Assembly (NCBI GenBank): GCA_001783695.1
Contig: MFNE01000043.1
Location: 77,062 to 141,061, forward strand
Reading direction: 5' to 3'
Origin: Candidatus Lambdaproteobacteria bacterium RIFOXYD2_FULL_50_16
GTDB taxonomy: Bacteria; SAR324; XYD2-FULL-50-16
DNA: 64,000 nt
Positions 45,564 to 55,635 of the stretch are shown piece after piece. Position numbers and translations under genes: made by a program. Position 1 is the first letter of the stretch, and the number at the start of each line of letters is the position of its first letter. The notes below the pieces were generated by a model. The model was given only the letters and a program-made list of their open reading frames with translations. It had not been told where the DNA came from and searched no databases.

Positions 45564-47878
45564 CCATGTATGGCCTTTTCCATCGCCCTGAGTAGGAGTT
45601 TAACCTCAATTGGTTTGGAAACGTAGTCGTCCATGCCCGCTTCTAAGCAACGTGCGCGGTCTTCTTCCATGGCCTTTGCGGTCACCGCAATAATAGGTAA
45701 GCGACCCTTAAGCCGGCCTTCGGCCTCTAGCTGCCGAATCTTTTTTGCTGTTTGATACCCATCTAAAATGGGCATCAAACAGTCCATTAATACCAAGTCA
45801 ACCGATTCCTCTAGCAAGCGGTCTAGGGCTAACATCCCGTTTTCCGCCTCTAACACCACAAATCCCTGTTTGGTCAAAATCCGTCTGATCACAGAAGCGT
45901 TGATTGAGTCGTCTTCCGCCACCAAAACCCGATGCCCCGGCCCAATAGGGCGCAAGGCTTCTCGGTGGTCTGGGGCGCTGTTTATCTGATTAGGTGAAAC
46001 CGTCAAAACCGGAATTTCGAACCAAAAAAGACTACCCTTTCCCTCAATACTGCGGACCCCGATGGTTCCGTTCATAAATGTAATCAAATTTTTGGCAATC
46101 GCCAAACCCAAGCCAATCCCACCGTAGCGACGCGTTGGGCTTGAATCGGCTTGGGTGAAGGTGGCAAAGATTTGTTCTAGGTGTCCCTCTGGTATTCCCA
46201 CTCCAGTATCACTCACCTCCAATCGAATCTGGTTTTCAGGCAAACTAATGGCTTTGAGTCGCACTTCCCCTTTGGGAGTGAATTTGATAGCGTTGGCTAA
46301 CAGATTGGAAAGCACCTTGGTAACCAGGCTGGCGTCTAGCTCTAAGTAGCGGTGTAAAATTTCCTCGTCGTCTAGCACCAAAGTAAGGTTTTTAGCCTTA
46401 GCCCCGGCCCAAAACATGGTGACTAAATTGCTCAAAATAGCTTTGATATCACAAGGTTCTGGTTGAGCAGAAAGATGACCGGCTTCGATACGGGTGATGT
46501 CTAATACCTCGTCTAAAACCTGAACCAGGGCCTTGGCACTGGCGATAATCACGTCGATAAACTCCCGTTTCTCTGGGTCCTCTTCTTCGGCGGCCATGAT
46601 TTGCCCTATACCTAGAATCCCGTTCATTGGGGTGCGAAGTTCATGGCTCATGGTAGCCAAGAAATTGGTTTTGGCGAGGTTCGCCGCTTCTGCGTCGGCG
46701 CGGGCTTGCTCAAGGGCCACGTCGCTTAATTTTTTATCGGTTATGTCTTCTTTGACCCCTAAAAAATTAGTGATTCGACCGGCATCGTCAAAAATAGGCG
46801 AGATGGTCACCGACTCCCAAAATAACTCGCCATTTTTCTTTTTGTTATGCATCTCCCCGCGCCACTGGCGACCGGCGGTGATCTCGTTCCAAAGTCGTTC
46901 GTAAAAAAAGTGGTCATGTTGGCCCGATTTGAAGATATTTGGATTTTGCCCCACTATTTCAATGCGTTCGAATCCGGTTGATTCGCTAACCTGAGGGTTG
47001 GCATATTCGATGTAGCCGTTCAGGTCGGTAATAATAATGGATACAGGGCTTTGTTCGACGGCGCGGTTGAGTTTAAGCAAGCGGGCTTCGGCGTTTTGGC
47101 GAGCAACAGACATTTGGTCTAGGCTGTTTGCCAGACGGCCCAGCTCGTCATATCCGGTCAGTTCTGTGCGGGCCTCTAGGTTTCCTTTTCCAATTTCCTC
47201 GGTAACCTGCACCATTCGCCAAATGCGGCGACTGATCAATTGGTCAAAAAAGATGGCCAAAATGATAGTGAAGACTCCCAGCACTATACTAAACTGTAGT
47301 ACTTGGCGTTTAACCGATTCGAAGCTTTCGTGTTTGGCGCGGTTAAGGCTTTCAGAAATCAGGAAAAACCCCCGGATTGGCTCTCGTAGTTCTTTGGGGT
47401 TATGACCCAAGAGGATTGGATAAAGTCCAATCAGACCCAGCCGGTCTTCGGTCAGATAAACCTGTCCCGCTTCCTGGGTTTTGACCTGGTGCAATTTATT
47501 TAATATCAGCTGATTACTTGCTTGATTCGTACTTAACAGGCGCTTATTCCAATTGGTTCCAATATCTCCCAACCGATTTGAAGCTAAAATGGTTCCTTTT
47601 TCGTCAAACAAGACGAGGCAGGTAAAATCAGGATTCGCCGAAAGGCCGGCAAATTCCCGTTGAACCAAAACCAAATCCGAGCGGTGATAGGCATGTTCGA
47701 TTGTGATTTGCAGGCGGGTTAATAAGCCCGTTAACTCCAGGGTAGAACGGCGCTCGACTTCTTGGTCTGAAAGCCGCCCATTATACCGCAAGCTCCATAA
47801 GGAGAGAATCAGCGTAAAAACCAACAAAGCTAAAGGAAAGACTACCCTCAGAGGAATTCGGGCGTGACGAATGATCAT
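45560..47878 (-). CDS. Hybrid sensor histidine kinase (TM-HAMP-PAS-HisKA-HATPase-REC)
   Basis: DELGRLA (HAMP), AVEQSPVSIIITD...WRGE (PAS), MSHELRTPM, NLLANAIKFT, DTGVGI, GIGLGL, LMDCLMP. Confidence 0.95.
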   Translation of the reverse strand: MIIRHARIPLRVVFPLALLVFTLILSLWSLRYNGRLSDQEVERRSTLELTGLLTRLQITIEHAYHRSDLVLVQREFAGLSANPDFTCLVLFDEKGTILASNRLGDIGTNWNKRLLSTNQASNQLILNKLHQVKTQEAGQVYLTEDRLGLIGLYPILLGHNPKELREPIRGFFLISESLNRAKHESFESVKRQVLQFSIVLGVFTIILAIFFDQLISRRIWRMVQVTEEIGKGNLEARTELTGYDELGRLANSLDQMSVARQNAEARLLKLNRAVEQSPVSIIITDLNGYIEYANPQVSESTGFERIEIVGQNPNIFKSGQHDHFFYERLWNEITAGRQWRGEMHNKKKNGELFWESVTISPIFDDAGRITNFLGVKEDITDKKLSDVALEQARADAEAANLAKTNFLATMSHELRTPMNGILGIGQIMAAEEEDPEKREFIDVIIASAKALVQVLDEVLDITRIEAGHLSAQPEPCDIKAILSNLVTMFWAGAKAKNLTLVLDDEEILHRYLELDASLVTKVLSNLLANAIKFTPKGEVRLKAISLPENQIRLEVSDTGVGIPEGHLEQIFATFTQADSSPTRRYGGIGLGLAIAKNLITFMNGTIGVRSIEGKGSLFWFEIPVLTVSPNQINSAPDHREALRPIGPGHRVLVAEDDSINASVIRRILTKQGFVVLEAENGMLALDRLLEESVDLVLMDCLMPILDGYQTAKKIRQLEAEGRLKGRLPIIAVTAKAMEEDRARCLEAGMDDYVSKPIEVKLLLRAMEKAIHG

Positions 47879-48879
47879 TGAACAAACCTGGGCTCAAGCA
47901 GGGTTTTTAAATCGAGCTTTTTATAAATCAATTGGTTTTTGCGTAAATAGGCATCTAACCAACCTATTTGCTCGGCCAGCGGGGGGGGACTCCCACTCAT
48001 TAACCGGGCATTTTCCTGTCGGTTGGGTTGGCTGATCCCTCCTAAGGTGGCTCGTATCTCGCTGGGGTCAAGGCCCATGCGGTCTCCGTATATCAGGGCG
48101 GCTTGATCTAAATCGGATTCTTGAGTTTGCAGGGCGGCAAACCAACCTTCGAGCAATTGGCTAATTATGGCCCCATTCTGTTCAATTACCGAATTTCGGA
48201 TCACTAGAACGTCTATGATTTCATTAGGTATTGCCGCCGAGCTAAACACCTGATTAGCCCCCTTCTTGATTAACCTAGTTCGGATCGGCTCGAAAGTGAC
48301 CACGGCCTCGACCTCGCCCTTGAGAAAAGCCTGCTCATGTTCGTCCGCCTCTAAATAAACTAATTGAAACTGATCAGGAGTCAGACCCTCGATATCTAGC
48401 GCCCGCGAGAAAAAGAACCCCCCTAAGGCCGATTGCTCAAGGCCGATTCGTTTGCCCGCAAGCGATTTAAGGTCTTTATAGTCAGGCTTGGCCAGGATCG
48501 AATCCCCCCCTTTGGAGATGTCGCAGAGCAGCACAACCTTAAAGTCTTCGTCGGTCTCGGCTAAGAGTAACACTTCGTCCATGGTCAAGGTGGCGGCGTT
48601 GATTACCCCATTTTTAAAGGCTTTGATCACCATGGTCGCCGAGGTGTATTCGACTAAACGTATTTCTTCGTTATTATAAAACCCTAATTTTCGAGCGAAA
48701 AAAAGCGGTTCGTAACCGAGCCAAGCATTGGCGCCGAGATTAAGAACGGTTTGGGGTTTATCTTGATGGTTAGCTTGGCGCTCGATAAGCCTCTCTAGTC
48801 TGCCAAACCACAATAGGTCGGCAGTTAAAGCCAAAAAAAAGGCCCCGAGTAATACCAAGGTCACAGCAGAACGATTCAT
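47875..48879 (-). CDS. SsuA/TauA/NMT1-like periplasmic solute-binding protein
   Basis: N-terminal anchor, WLGYEPLF, DISKGGD, LAGKRIG, VTFEP, IPNEIIDV. ATGA overlap with the kinase. Confidence 0.88.
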   Translation of the reverse strand: MNRSAVTLVLLGAFFLALTADLLWFGRLERLIERQANHQDKPQTVLNLGANAWLGYEPLFFARKLGFYNNEEIRLVEYTSATMVIKAFKNGVINAATLTMDEVLLLAETDEDFKVVLLCDISKGGDSILAKPDYKDLKSLAGKRIGLEQSALGGFFFSRALDIEGLTPDQFQLVYLEADEHEQAFLKGEVEAVVTFEPIRTRLIKKGANQVFSSAAIPNEIIDVLVIRNSVIEQNGAIISQLLEGWFAALQTQESDLDQAALIYGDRMGLDPSEIRATLGGISQPNRQENARLMSGSPPPLAEQIGWLDAYLRKNQLIYKKLDLKTLLEPRFVQ

Positions 48880-49103
48880 TTAGCCTTTTATCTTGTCTGG
48901 AGGCCCCATCCCCTCCGTGGGAGCAATCTATCACTCTAAACCTGATTAAACAACTAGAGGTTTAAAAAAAGGAGGACCTGAGTGGCCCCTAAGGTCGAGG
49001 CAGGGGGTTTTTTATTTAAGAATCAAACAATTTTAAGTGGCTATTTTATTTAATGAATTTAGCAAAAAATGAACCTTTATCGGGGGGTAAAATATTGCGG
49101 TGC

Positions 49104-50702
49104 TTAAGGCTTTTTAGACAGTTGCTGATCAATCTGTCGGCAGGCTTCCCCAATTTTAAGTAAACTTCGAATTAGTCCGAACCCTAATTGATGGGAAGCG
49201 AGGTCGGCGAGTTGAGGTGGGTTGGTCTTAAATTGGTGACGGAGCTGAGCGAGCTGGGCGAACGTATCCGAATTGGCCCTCCCTTGGCCTGACTCTAGGT
49301 TAGTGATCGTTTGATTAAGCATTTGGCCCACCAGACCTACTAACTGGTCAACCTCTCCTCTAAAATCATTTGAAAATATGAGGTGGTCGCGCCGTTTTTT
49401 TTCTAGGCGGTTCATCAATTCCATAATCCGGTCCGCGATCCCTTCTAAACGGTCAAGAACCATTAAATCAACCATCGCCAGGGCGACTTGGCGGGCAACC
49501 AGACCTTGGGAGTGTTGGATTAAGCGGTTTGAAATCTGCTCTTGAATATGGTCTGTAAGTCGTTCTTGGCTACTTAAAGTGATTAGATCGGGTCCTAAAT
49601 CCCCTTTTTTGGTTCGCCAGGATTCGGCAAAACGGGCAAACATCAGCCCAATCATCTCACTCATCTGGGTTATCCCCGCCTGGGCTTGCTCCAAAACATC
49701 CGGCTCGGTCTCGGTTTTTGTTTTCTCCCCCTTTACCAATCGTTTGGCTAATTCGGTTAATTGGGGCACAAATCCCACCAGCAGCAGGATGGTAATGAGG
49801 TTAAACAGCGTGTGGAAGGCAGCCAGATGTGTGGGCAGATTTGCCGGGTCACTAAGCTCACCAGGAACCAAATAATCGACCATCTCTAAAAAATAGGGGA
49901 GCAGTAAAAGCACCCACAACACCCCGATAAAGTTAAATAAAAAATGGGCTCCCGCTGCTCGTCTGGCGTTTTGACTGGTACCTATGGCGGCCAGTTGGGC
50001 GGTGACGGTAGTGCCGATGTTTTGGCCTAAAACCGTAGCCGCAGCAATCGGAAAATCGATCCAGCCTCGGTATGCCATGACCAGGGTAATCGCTCCCGCC
50101 GCACTGGAGGACTGCACCACTACACTCATCAAAATACCAAATACCAAAAACAAGAGGGTCGAGCCAAATCCATATCCTGTATAACGAGCTAAAAAGGCGA
50201 CGGCATCGGGATTGGCCATGAGACTGGGCACTCCGTCTTTAAGTAGGTCGAGCCCCATAAAGGCAAGTCCAAAACCAATCAGGCTTTCTCCCCACTTTTT
50301 TCGCTGCTCGATTTTGGAAAATAAGAAGGGCACCCCTAAGGCGATAGCGGGCATAACCATCGCGGTTAATTTAAAGCCAAACCCCAACAGGGCTACAATC
50401 CAAAAGTTCAGGGTAGTGCCTAAGTTGGCACCCATAATAATCGACACCGCCTCGCGTAACTTCATGATCCGGGCGTTAACCAGACTGACGACCAATACGG
50501 TGGTGGCGGCGCTGCTGTGGATCAGGCCGGTAATAAAAAAACCGGTGAAAATGCCGCCAATGCGGTTTTTAGCCAAAAACCGAATTGCCTGACGAATGTG
50601 GTCTCCTCGAAGGGCTAAAAAGGCCTCGCTCATAACCTTGAGGCCAAAGAAAAAAATCCCTAGTGCGCCTAGCAGTTCGAAGGTTTTTAAAAAAGCGTCC
50701 AA
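49104..50702 (-). CDS. Na+/Pi cotransporter family protein (NptA/YjbB-like)
   Basis: Two repeats: HSSAATT/GANLGTT and QSSSAA/GQNIGTT. PhoU-like helical C-terminus. Confidence 0.9.
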   Translation of the reverse strand: MDAFLKTFELLGALGIFFFGLKVMSEAFLALRGDHIRQAIRFLAKNRIGGIFTGFFITGLIHSSAATTVLVVSLVNARIMKLREAVSIIMGANLGTTLNFWIVALLGFGFKLTAMVMPAIALGVPFLFSKIEQRKKWGESLIGFGLAFMGLDLLKDGVPSLMANPDAVAFLARYTGYGFGSTLLFLVFGILMSVVVQSSSAAGAITLVMAYRGWIDFPIAAATVLGQNIGTTVTAQLAAIGTSQNARRAAGAHFLFNFIGVLWVLLLLPYFLEMVDYLVPGELSDPANLPTHLAAFHTLFNLITILLLVGFVPQLTELAKRLVKGEKTKTETEPDVLEQAQAGITQMSEMIGLMFARFAESWRTKKGDLGPDLITLSSQERLTDHIQEQISNRLIQHSQGLVARQVALAMVDLMVLDRLEGIADRIMELMNRLEKKRRDHLIFSNDFRGEVDQLVGLVGQMLNQTITNLESGQGRANSDTFAQLAQLRHQFKTNPPQLADLASHQLGFGLIRSLLKIGEACRQIDQQLSKKP

Positions 50703-50843
50703 GGTTTCCTCTGTTGGTTAATCGGCTATTTGGGGCCACTTCAGCAGGCGTAGCAGGTCTGTAAATCCCGGTCTAATCGAAACTGCCTCACCCTGGACAA
50801 GGGGGGAGCTAGTGGGTAGTTTTAAAGAAAAAAAGGAGTAACT

Positions 50844-51290
50844 ATGAAAGGCTGGATATTGATTTTTATGGTCCTAGGTTGGGCCGGAACCCTCTGGGGC
50901 GAAGAGGTCGCAGAAAAACAGGTGGGTGCCTGGTACCTCGCGGGGGTGGTGCAGCGGCGGGTTGTCGAAGTGAAGGTGATTACCGATCCTAAGGTCGAAG
51001 GGGTGGTTTGCCATTTTGCTTATGTGGTCAAAAAGCTTAGCTTCGAAGACCCGAGCGATTCCACCATCGCTTGCCGCCGGGTGGGGCCTGTGCGTTTTAA
51101 GGAGGCTATTGAAGAGGGTCCTGAAGGTGAAGTGGTCTTTGCAGATTCGAGAAATATCTTTTTTAAAACCTTCCGTATCCGCCGGGTTTACGACAAGTCC
51201 AACCATAGTTTGGTTTATGTTAGTTACACCAAAGAAATCATCGACGGCAGCAATAAACTCTCGATTAGCACGGTGGTCATTGACCCCTAA
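50844..51290 (+). CDS. CreA family protein
   Basis: DPKVEGVVCH, EDPSDSTIACRRVGP, FFK...RVYD...LVY, S(N)K.SIST. Confidence 0.88.
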   Translation: MKGWILIFMVLGWAGTLWGEEVAEKQVGAWYLAGVVQRRVVEVKVITDPKVEGVVCHFAYVVKKLSFEDPSDSTIACRRVGPVRFKEAIEEGPEGEVVFADSRNIFFKTFRIRRVYDKSNHSLVYVSYTKEIIDGSNKLSISTVVIDP

Positions 51291-52060
51291 AGATGCTTGA
51301 TCAGTCCCGCCGAAAGCGCCCGCGCCACGGCGTTGGGCAGGTTGTGGGCGTCTAGTTTGTCATAAATCGTTTGCAACTGGGCTTTAATGGTTTTCTCAGA
51401 AACCCCTTGGCTTTCCGCCGCTTGGGCAGCGGTCAAGCCTTGTTGCATCAAGGTCAAAATCTTAGAATCGTTGTCGGTTAAAATCCGCCGGTTGCTTATA
51501 GCTTGAATGTTTTCCATGGCACCCAGGAGCGCCGGGGCGACAAATTTCATGACCGAATCGGTGGTTACGTTGTACTCGACCTTCGGACCCAAGATTGACC
51601 AAATCAGGGTTTGACTAAATCCAGGGCGCTGAAATCCCATCGCCAAGCCATCCGACATTTCTTCAAAACTGGCGACCCTTTGAGCAAAGCCAAGTTGTTT
51701 TTTTTGGGTCTCATTGACGGGGGCTGTTTTTAGACCCAAAAAGACCTCACTCCACCTTAAGCGATCTTGTGGAGGCTCGGGCTCTAAGACCTTTTGCACG
51801 ATAGGATCAAATTGTTTATAGCTGCGAGACAGGTATTCGGCCTGCCAATGTTTGGGTTGGGTGCTGAAATAAATCGAATTAGAAAGCCTTGTGTCCACCA
51901 CCTGTCCCATAACGGTCACCCAACAGTTAAAAGGGATCACTCTGCCCAGCAAATCAAATACCGAAATCAGGTCCGAACGGCTCCGGCAATAACGGCAGGC
52001 CAATTCCATATCTAGGAGCAGAGCCTTTTTTTGTTGGGGCAGGTCGGAAACGTGAATCAT
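51287..52060 (-). CDS. LuxR-family regulator with autoinducer-binding domain (LuxR solo)
   Basis: HWQAEY...FDPIV...RW...DG in the N-domain; C-terminal LuxR HTH (GVSEKTIK...IYDKLDA...AVARA...GLI). Confidence 0.85.
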   Translation of the reverse strand: MIHVSDLPQQKKALLLDMELACRYCRSRSDLISVFDLLGRVIPFNCWVTVMGQVVDTRLSNSIYFSTQPKHWQAEYLSRSYKQFDPIVQKVLEPEPPQDRLRWSEVFLGLKTAPVNETQKKQLGFAQRVASFEEMSDGLAMGFQRPGFSQTLIWSILGPKVEYNVTTDSVMKFVAPALLGAMENIQAISNRRILTDNDSKILTLMQQGLTAAQAAESQGVSEKTIKAQLQTIYDKLDAHNLPNAVARALSAGLIKHL

Positions 52061-52162
52061 AAAACTCAGTTTTTTAAACGCGGGTGAGGTTTAAGCATCT
52101 TCGCCAAGTTAGCAACCTTGCTCTAACTCGTCAAAATATGCTTTATCTATCTAAAGTTATTA

Positions 52163-52504
52163 TTAGAGTTTAGCTTTTTTAGGCGGCAAAAGAACCACAA
52201 ATTGGAGAGCGATCTCTAACCAACTCTTTAAATCCTCGGTTTCTTCGAAATAGGGGTTGTTTACATAAATCATCCCTTTAAGTGGGCGACCAGTAAAATC
52301 CATTTCTTTGGCTCCAGGTCGAGCCAAGGTGGCTTCGTATTGATCGGGGCCAACCCGCAGCATCAATTCCTCACCCACCACCCCACAAAGCATGTTTCCG
52401 TTTAGTAAAAAACAGAGCCCACCAAACATCCGCTTAAAGGAAAAGCCCGGTCGCTCCCCTAGCAGTTCCTCTATACGGGCCGCCAAACCTTCATCGTAGG
52501 CCAT
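52163..52504 (-). CDS. TfoX/Sxy N-terminal domain protein
   Basis: MAYDEGLAARI, KRMFGGLCFLLNGNM, LMLRVG, MDFTGRPLKG. Confidence 0.9.
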   Translation of the reverse strand: MAYDEGLAARIEELLGERPGFSFKRMFGGLCFLLNGNMLCGVVGEELMLRVGPDQYEATLARPGAKEMDFTGRPLKGMIYVNNPYFEETEDLKSWLEIALQFVVLLPPKKAKL

Positions 52505-52552
52505 GGTTCCTTTGGCTAATAAATAAAGATTAGGTTGGAGCGCAAGGCTTAT

Positions 52553-54223
52553 TCAAGCAAATAATGAATTTAAAAGAGCGACTAGCTGCTCGGCCTCTAA
52601 AGGTTTGTGAAGGTACCCATCGAATTGAGAAAACCCAAACTTGTCCGCTACTTCCTCTTGGGAATAGCTGGTTAATGCAATGATTTTTGGGTGTAGTCCT
52701 GGCAGGTTGCGAATTGCCAAAGAGGCCTCAATCCCATTGATTTGAGGCAGGTCGATATCCATTAAAACCACTTGGAATTGTTGACTACGCGCTTTTTCGA
52801 TCCCCTCACCGCCATCAAAGGCGAGCTCATACTCAGCCTGCAATTGGTTGAGCGCCGTCATCCCCGAATGGCGGTGTAAGGGGTTGTCCTCGACCAGTAA
52901 AAACTGGCGGACCCCTTTGGGCAAAACCAAAGGGACCTCTTCGGCCTCGGTTGGGCCCCCGATGCCTTTGGGCAGGGTAAACCAAAATCGGCTACCTTTA
53001 CCTAGCACCGAATCGGCTCCAATCTGGCCGCCGTTTTTTTTAACAAATTCCGCCGATAGCACCAAGCCCATCCCCGAGCTGGTCTCTTTTTGAGGTTCTG
53101 AAAAACGGAACGGGGGCTCTTTGGAGGAAAACAATTTTTCTAACTTATCTGGATCAATCCCCATCCCTTCGTCAACCACCTCAAAACGGATCCAAGAGCC
53201 CTCGTCAAAGCTTTGCAGGGTTATCGTCGTCTCTTCTGGAGAAAACTTGATGGCGTTTGAGAGTAGATTGCGGATAACCGTGGTCACCATGGTAATATCG
53301 GCGTGTACTAAATGGGCTGGATGGCTTTGATCAATCAATTGCAGCCGTTTCTGCCGAGCGGTTTCAGCCAGTAAATCAACGGTTAATCGAGCGGGTCCAG
53401 CCAAGGAAAAGTCGATTAAGCGTAGCTCTAACTTGCCCTGTTGACTTTTAGCCCAATTGAGCAGGTCGTCTAAAAGCCGCTTAATGTTAGCTGTCGAGTG
53501 GGCCAGATCCTCTTGAAGCTCTTGAGTAAATTTTTGCCGGCCTTGAAGAAGCATTTGAAAGATTATGGCCATGCTACCAATAGGGCCTCTAAGGTCGTGC
53601 GAGATCACCGAAAAAAAACGGTCCTTGGTGCGGTTGGCTTCGGCCAATTCATTGCGCAGTCGATATTCGCGGACTTGGGTTCCATAGTGAAACATCGCCG
53701 CGAGCCCAGCCATAAGGGTAAAACTATAGTAGTAGGCTAAGGTCAAGACTAATGCTTCCCAGCTAAGGTTGGGCTGTATCCAAAGCAAATGAGCGGTAAT
53801 CAAAGATAGATGCAACCCTAAGCTAATCCAGAGCCACTTGGGTTGCCACAGGGGCACCACCGTCATTACCACCGGGGCCATGGAAAAACAGCCCAGGTAA
53901 ATATAAGTCATGGTTCCCTCGCTTTGGTACAAAATGGGCAAAAAGAAAGGGACCGGGATGTTGAGAGCGACCAGATTTAAGATGGAGGTATAGCCGTTAA
54001 TTTTTTTGTGAAAAAGATAGATAATAGGCAAACAAGCAAGGGGCAGTCCCAAACGCCAAAACAAGGTGTGCCCCTCGATAAACCTTTGGTCCACAAAATA
54101 CCAAAAAGGGAAAAAGCCCGTTAAGAGGTAGTAAACCCAGATTAGTTTTAGGTTGTGCTGATCTACGTTGGCCGTAAGACCCACGTTTTCGGCTAGTTGA
54201 GATTGAGTGTTCATTGATAACAT
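52553..54223 (-). CDS. Membrane-bound hybrid histidine kinase
   Basis: ~6 TM helices, ISHDLRGP, RNLLSNAIKFS, DEGMGI, SGMGL, REC VEDN...LMDIDLP...KP. Confidence 0.93.
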   Translation of the reverse strand: MLSMNTQSQLAENVGLTANVDQHNLKLIWVYYLLTGFFPFWYFVDQRFIEGHTLFWRLGLPLACLPIIYLFHKKINGYTSILNLVALNIPVPFFLPILYQSEGTMTYIYLGCFSMAPVVMTVVPLWQPKWLWISLGLHLSLITAHLLWIQPNLSWEALVLTLAYYYSFTLMAGLAAMFHYGTQVREYRLRNELAEANRTKDRFFSVISHDLRGPIGSMAIIFQMLLQGRQKFTQELQEDLAHSTANIKRLLDDLLNWAKSQQGKLELRLIDFSLAGPARLTVDLLAETARQKRLQLIDQSHPAHLVHADITMVTTVIRNLLSNAIKFSPEETTITLQSFDEGSWIRFEVVDEGMGIDPDKLEKLFSSKEPPFRFSEPQKETSSGMGLVLSAEFVKKNGGQIGADSVLGKGSRFWFTLPKGIGGPTEAEEVPLVLPKGVRQFLLVEDNPLHRHSGMTALNQLQAEYELAFDGGEGIEKARSQQFQVVLMDIDLPQINGIEASLAIRNLPGLHPKIIALTSYSQEEVADKFGFSQFDGYLHKPLEAEQLVALLNSLFA

Positions 54224-54391
54224 CCCTTAAAATAGCCCAAGTGCCACACCTTTGACTTAGATCATAGGATGAATGGAGCAAAAAGCAAGTAAATTGGTTT
54301 TGGGAAAACCGGCTCCCTAAAACTCTTTAAAAACGCTACCTATCGTTTGGATTTTGTGGTAAAAGTTTTTTGTCACCTTATCGGAGTTGCA

Positions 54392-54811
54392 ATGAACTTA
54401 AAATCGTTTACCCGCATCGCCCTCGGTGCAATTGGGGCTTTGCTTATGGTTGGCTGCGCCGGAAAAACCCATCAGACTAATAAAGACAAGGCCTACGATC
54501 CACCGCCTCCGGCTGAATCCTTAGCACGGGGACAGGCCTTGTTTGAAGAGTACTGCGTTACTTGCCATGGGGTAAAAGGCAAAGGTAGCTTAGAGCAGCC
54601 AGCGGCGGCAGACCTGACCTTGGCGGCAACCCACTTTACCACACGCGGGTTAACCGTGATTATCGACAAGCCCCACTATTCAGCGGAAACCATCAAGTTG
54701 CAGGTGACCCAAGGGGGCAAGCAGATGCCTAGCTTGCAAGATAAGTTTAGTGCCGCCCAGCTTGAGGACTTGACCAATTGGGTCAAGAAGCTGATTTACG
54801 ATCCTGAATAG
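54392..54811 (+). CDS. Monoheme c-type cytochrome lipoprotein
   Basis: GGAG SD and ATG at 54392, lipobox MVG-C, CVTCHG and distal GGKQMP. Confidence 0.88.
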   Translation: MNLKSFTRIALGAIGALLMVGCAGKTHQTNKDKAYDPPPPAESLARGQALFEEYCVTCHGVKGKGSLEQPAAADLTLAATHFTTRGLTVIIDKPHYSAETIKLQVTQGGKQMPSLQDKFSAAQLEDLTNWVKKLIYDPE

Positions 54812-55534
54812 GGAGTACGAAAAGGTTGGGTTAAGAGAACGTCAATCTGTATTGCTTTCTGGTCCCGTTGGTCAGGCAACCCAATCTCCCTTCCCAAATG
54901 CCCCAAGGCTGTTTGAGGGATATAGGTCTTTAAAATCCGGTCCCACCAAGAGAGACAAAAGCCAAAGTTGGCCTGGTTCTCTTGGGGTATCGAAGAAGGA
55001 TGAGCCCGGTGTATATCAGAAGGACCAAAAACCACCGAAGCCCCCGATCTAAACCTATGGGGCGCTTGAGACTGGCATGGTTAAACACCGCCGTGCGGTT
55101 AAGCAATATCTCTATAACCAACCCGGTCACCAGGGCCCAAGAGAGAGACCAACCTAATCCGGGTCGGCAGGATGCCTTCGGTGGAGTCGCCAAAAAGGGC
55201 TGAACCAATGAAAGACCCAGGACTGCAAATAAATCGCCAATTCGAGTAGAATTTGCCCAGAGCAATTTTGATCCAACTAGGGCCACAAAATGGCCATCAA
55301 CCCCGCTTTCCGCTGGGCCAGCTTTGGGCCCGTTTTATGGCCATTAAGGGAACACTCGCGTGTAGTAGCAGATTGTTAAGCAACCCTAACCCTAAATTAC
55401 ATGGCCACCGGGCTAACTTAGGGTGCTGGCGTTAACGTCTCTGGAAAAATCTTCCGCTGAGGTAATGACCGCAAATAGGCCAAAAAAGGCGACTGCTGGA
55501 TGGTAGATTCCTGCTCTAATTTCCAAACCTCCAA
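54796..55534 (-). pseudogene. Decayed sterol desaturase / fatty-acid hydroxylase family gene
   Basis: Family fragments sit in different frames with stops: AFFGLFAV, RWPCNLGLGLLNNLLL, FNHASLKRPIGLDRGLRWFLV, PSDIHRAHPS...NFGFCLSWWDRILKTY...EIGL. His boxes are mutated. Confidence 0.8.
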
Positions 55535-55635
55535 TATGCTCCTTAAAGCCCCAGCCTAGGCCTTTGTTTGCTTTATAGTCAGTAGTGGTACCCCAAGCCG
55601 CCGGGTTGGAATCCCCCGGTCTTAGTGGACTTAAT

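Noticed and set aside
55596..55622. GGGTTGGAATCCC looks like a tRNA T-arm
   Set aside because: TTGGAAT instead of TTCGAAT, and no D-arm, anticodon arm or acceptor stem can be built around it.
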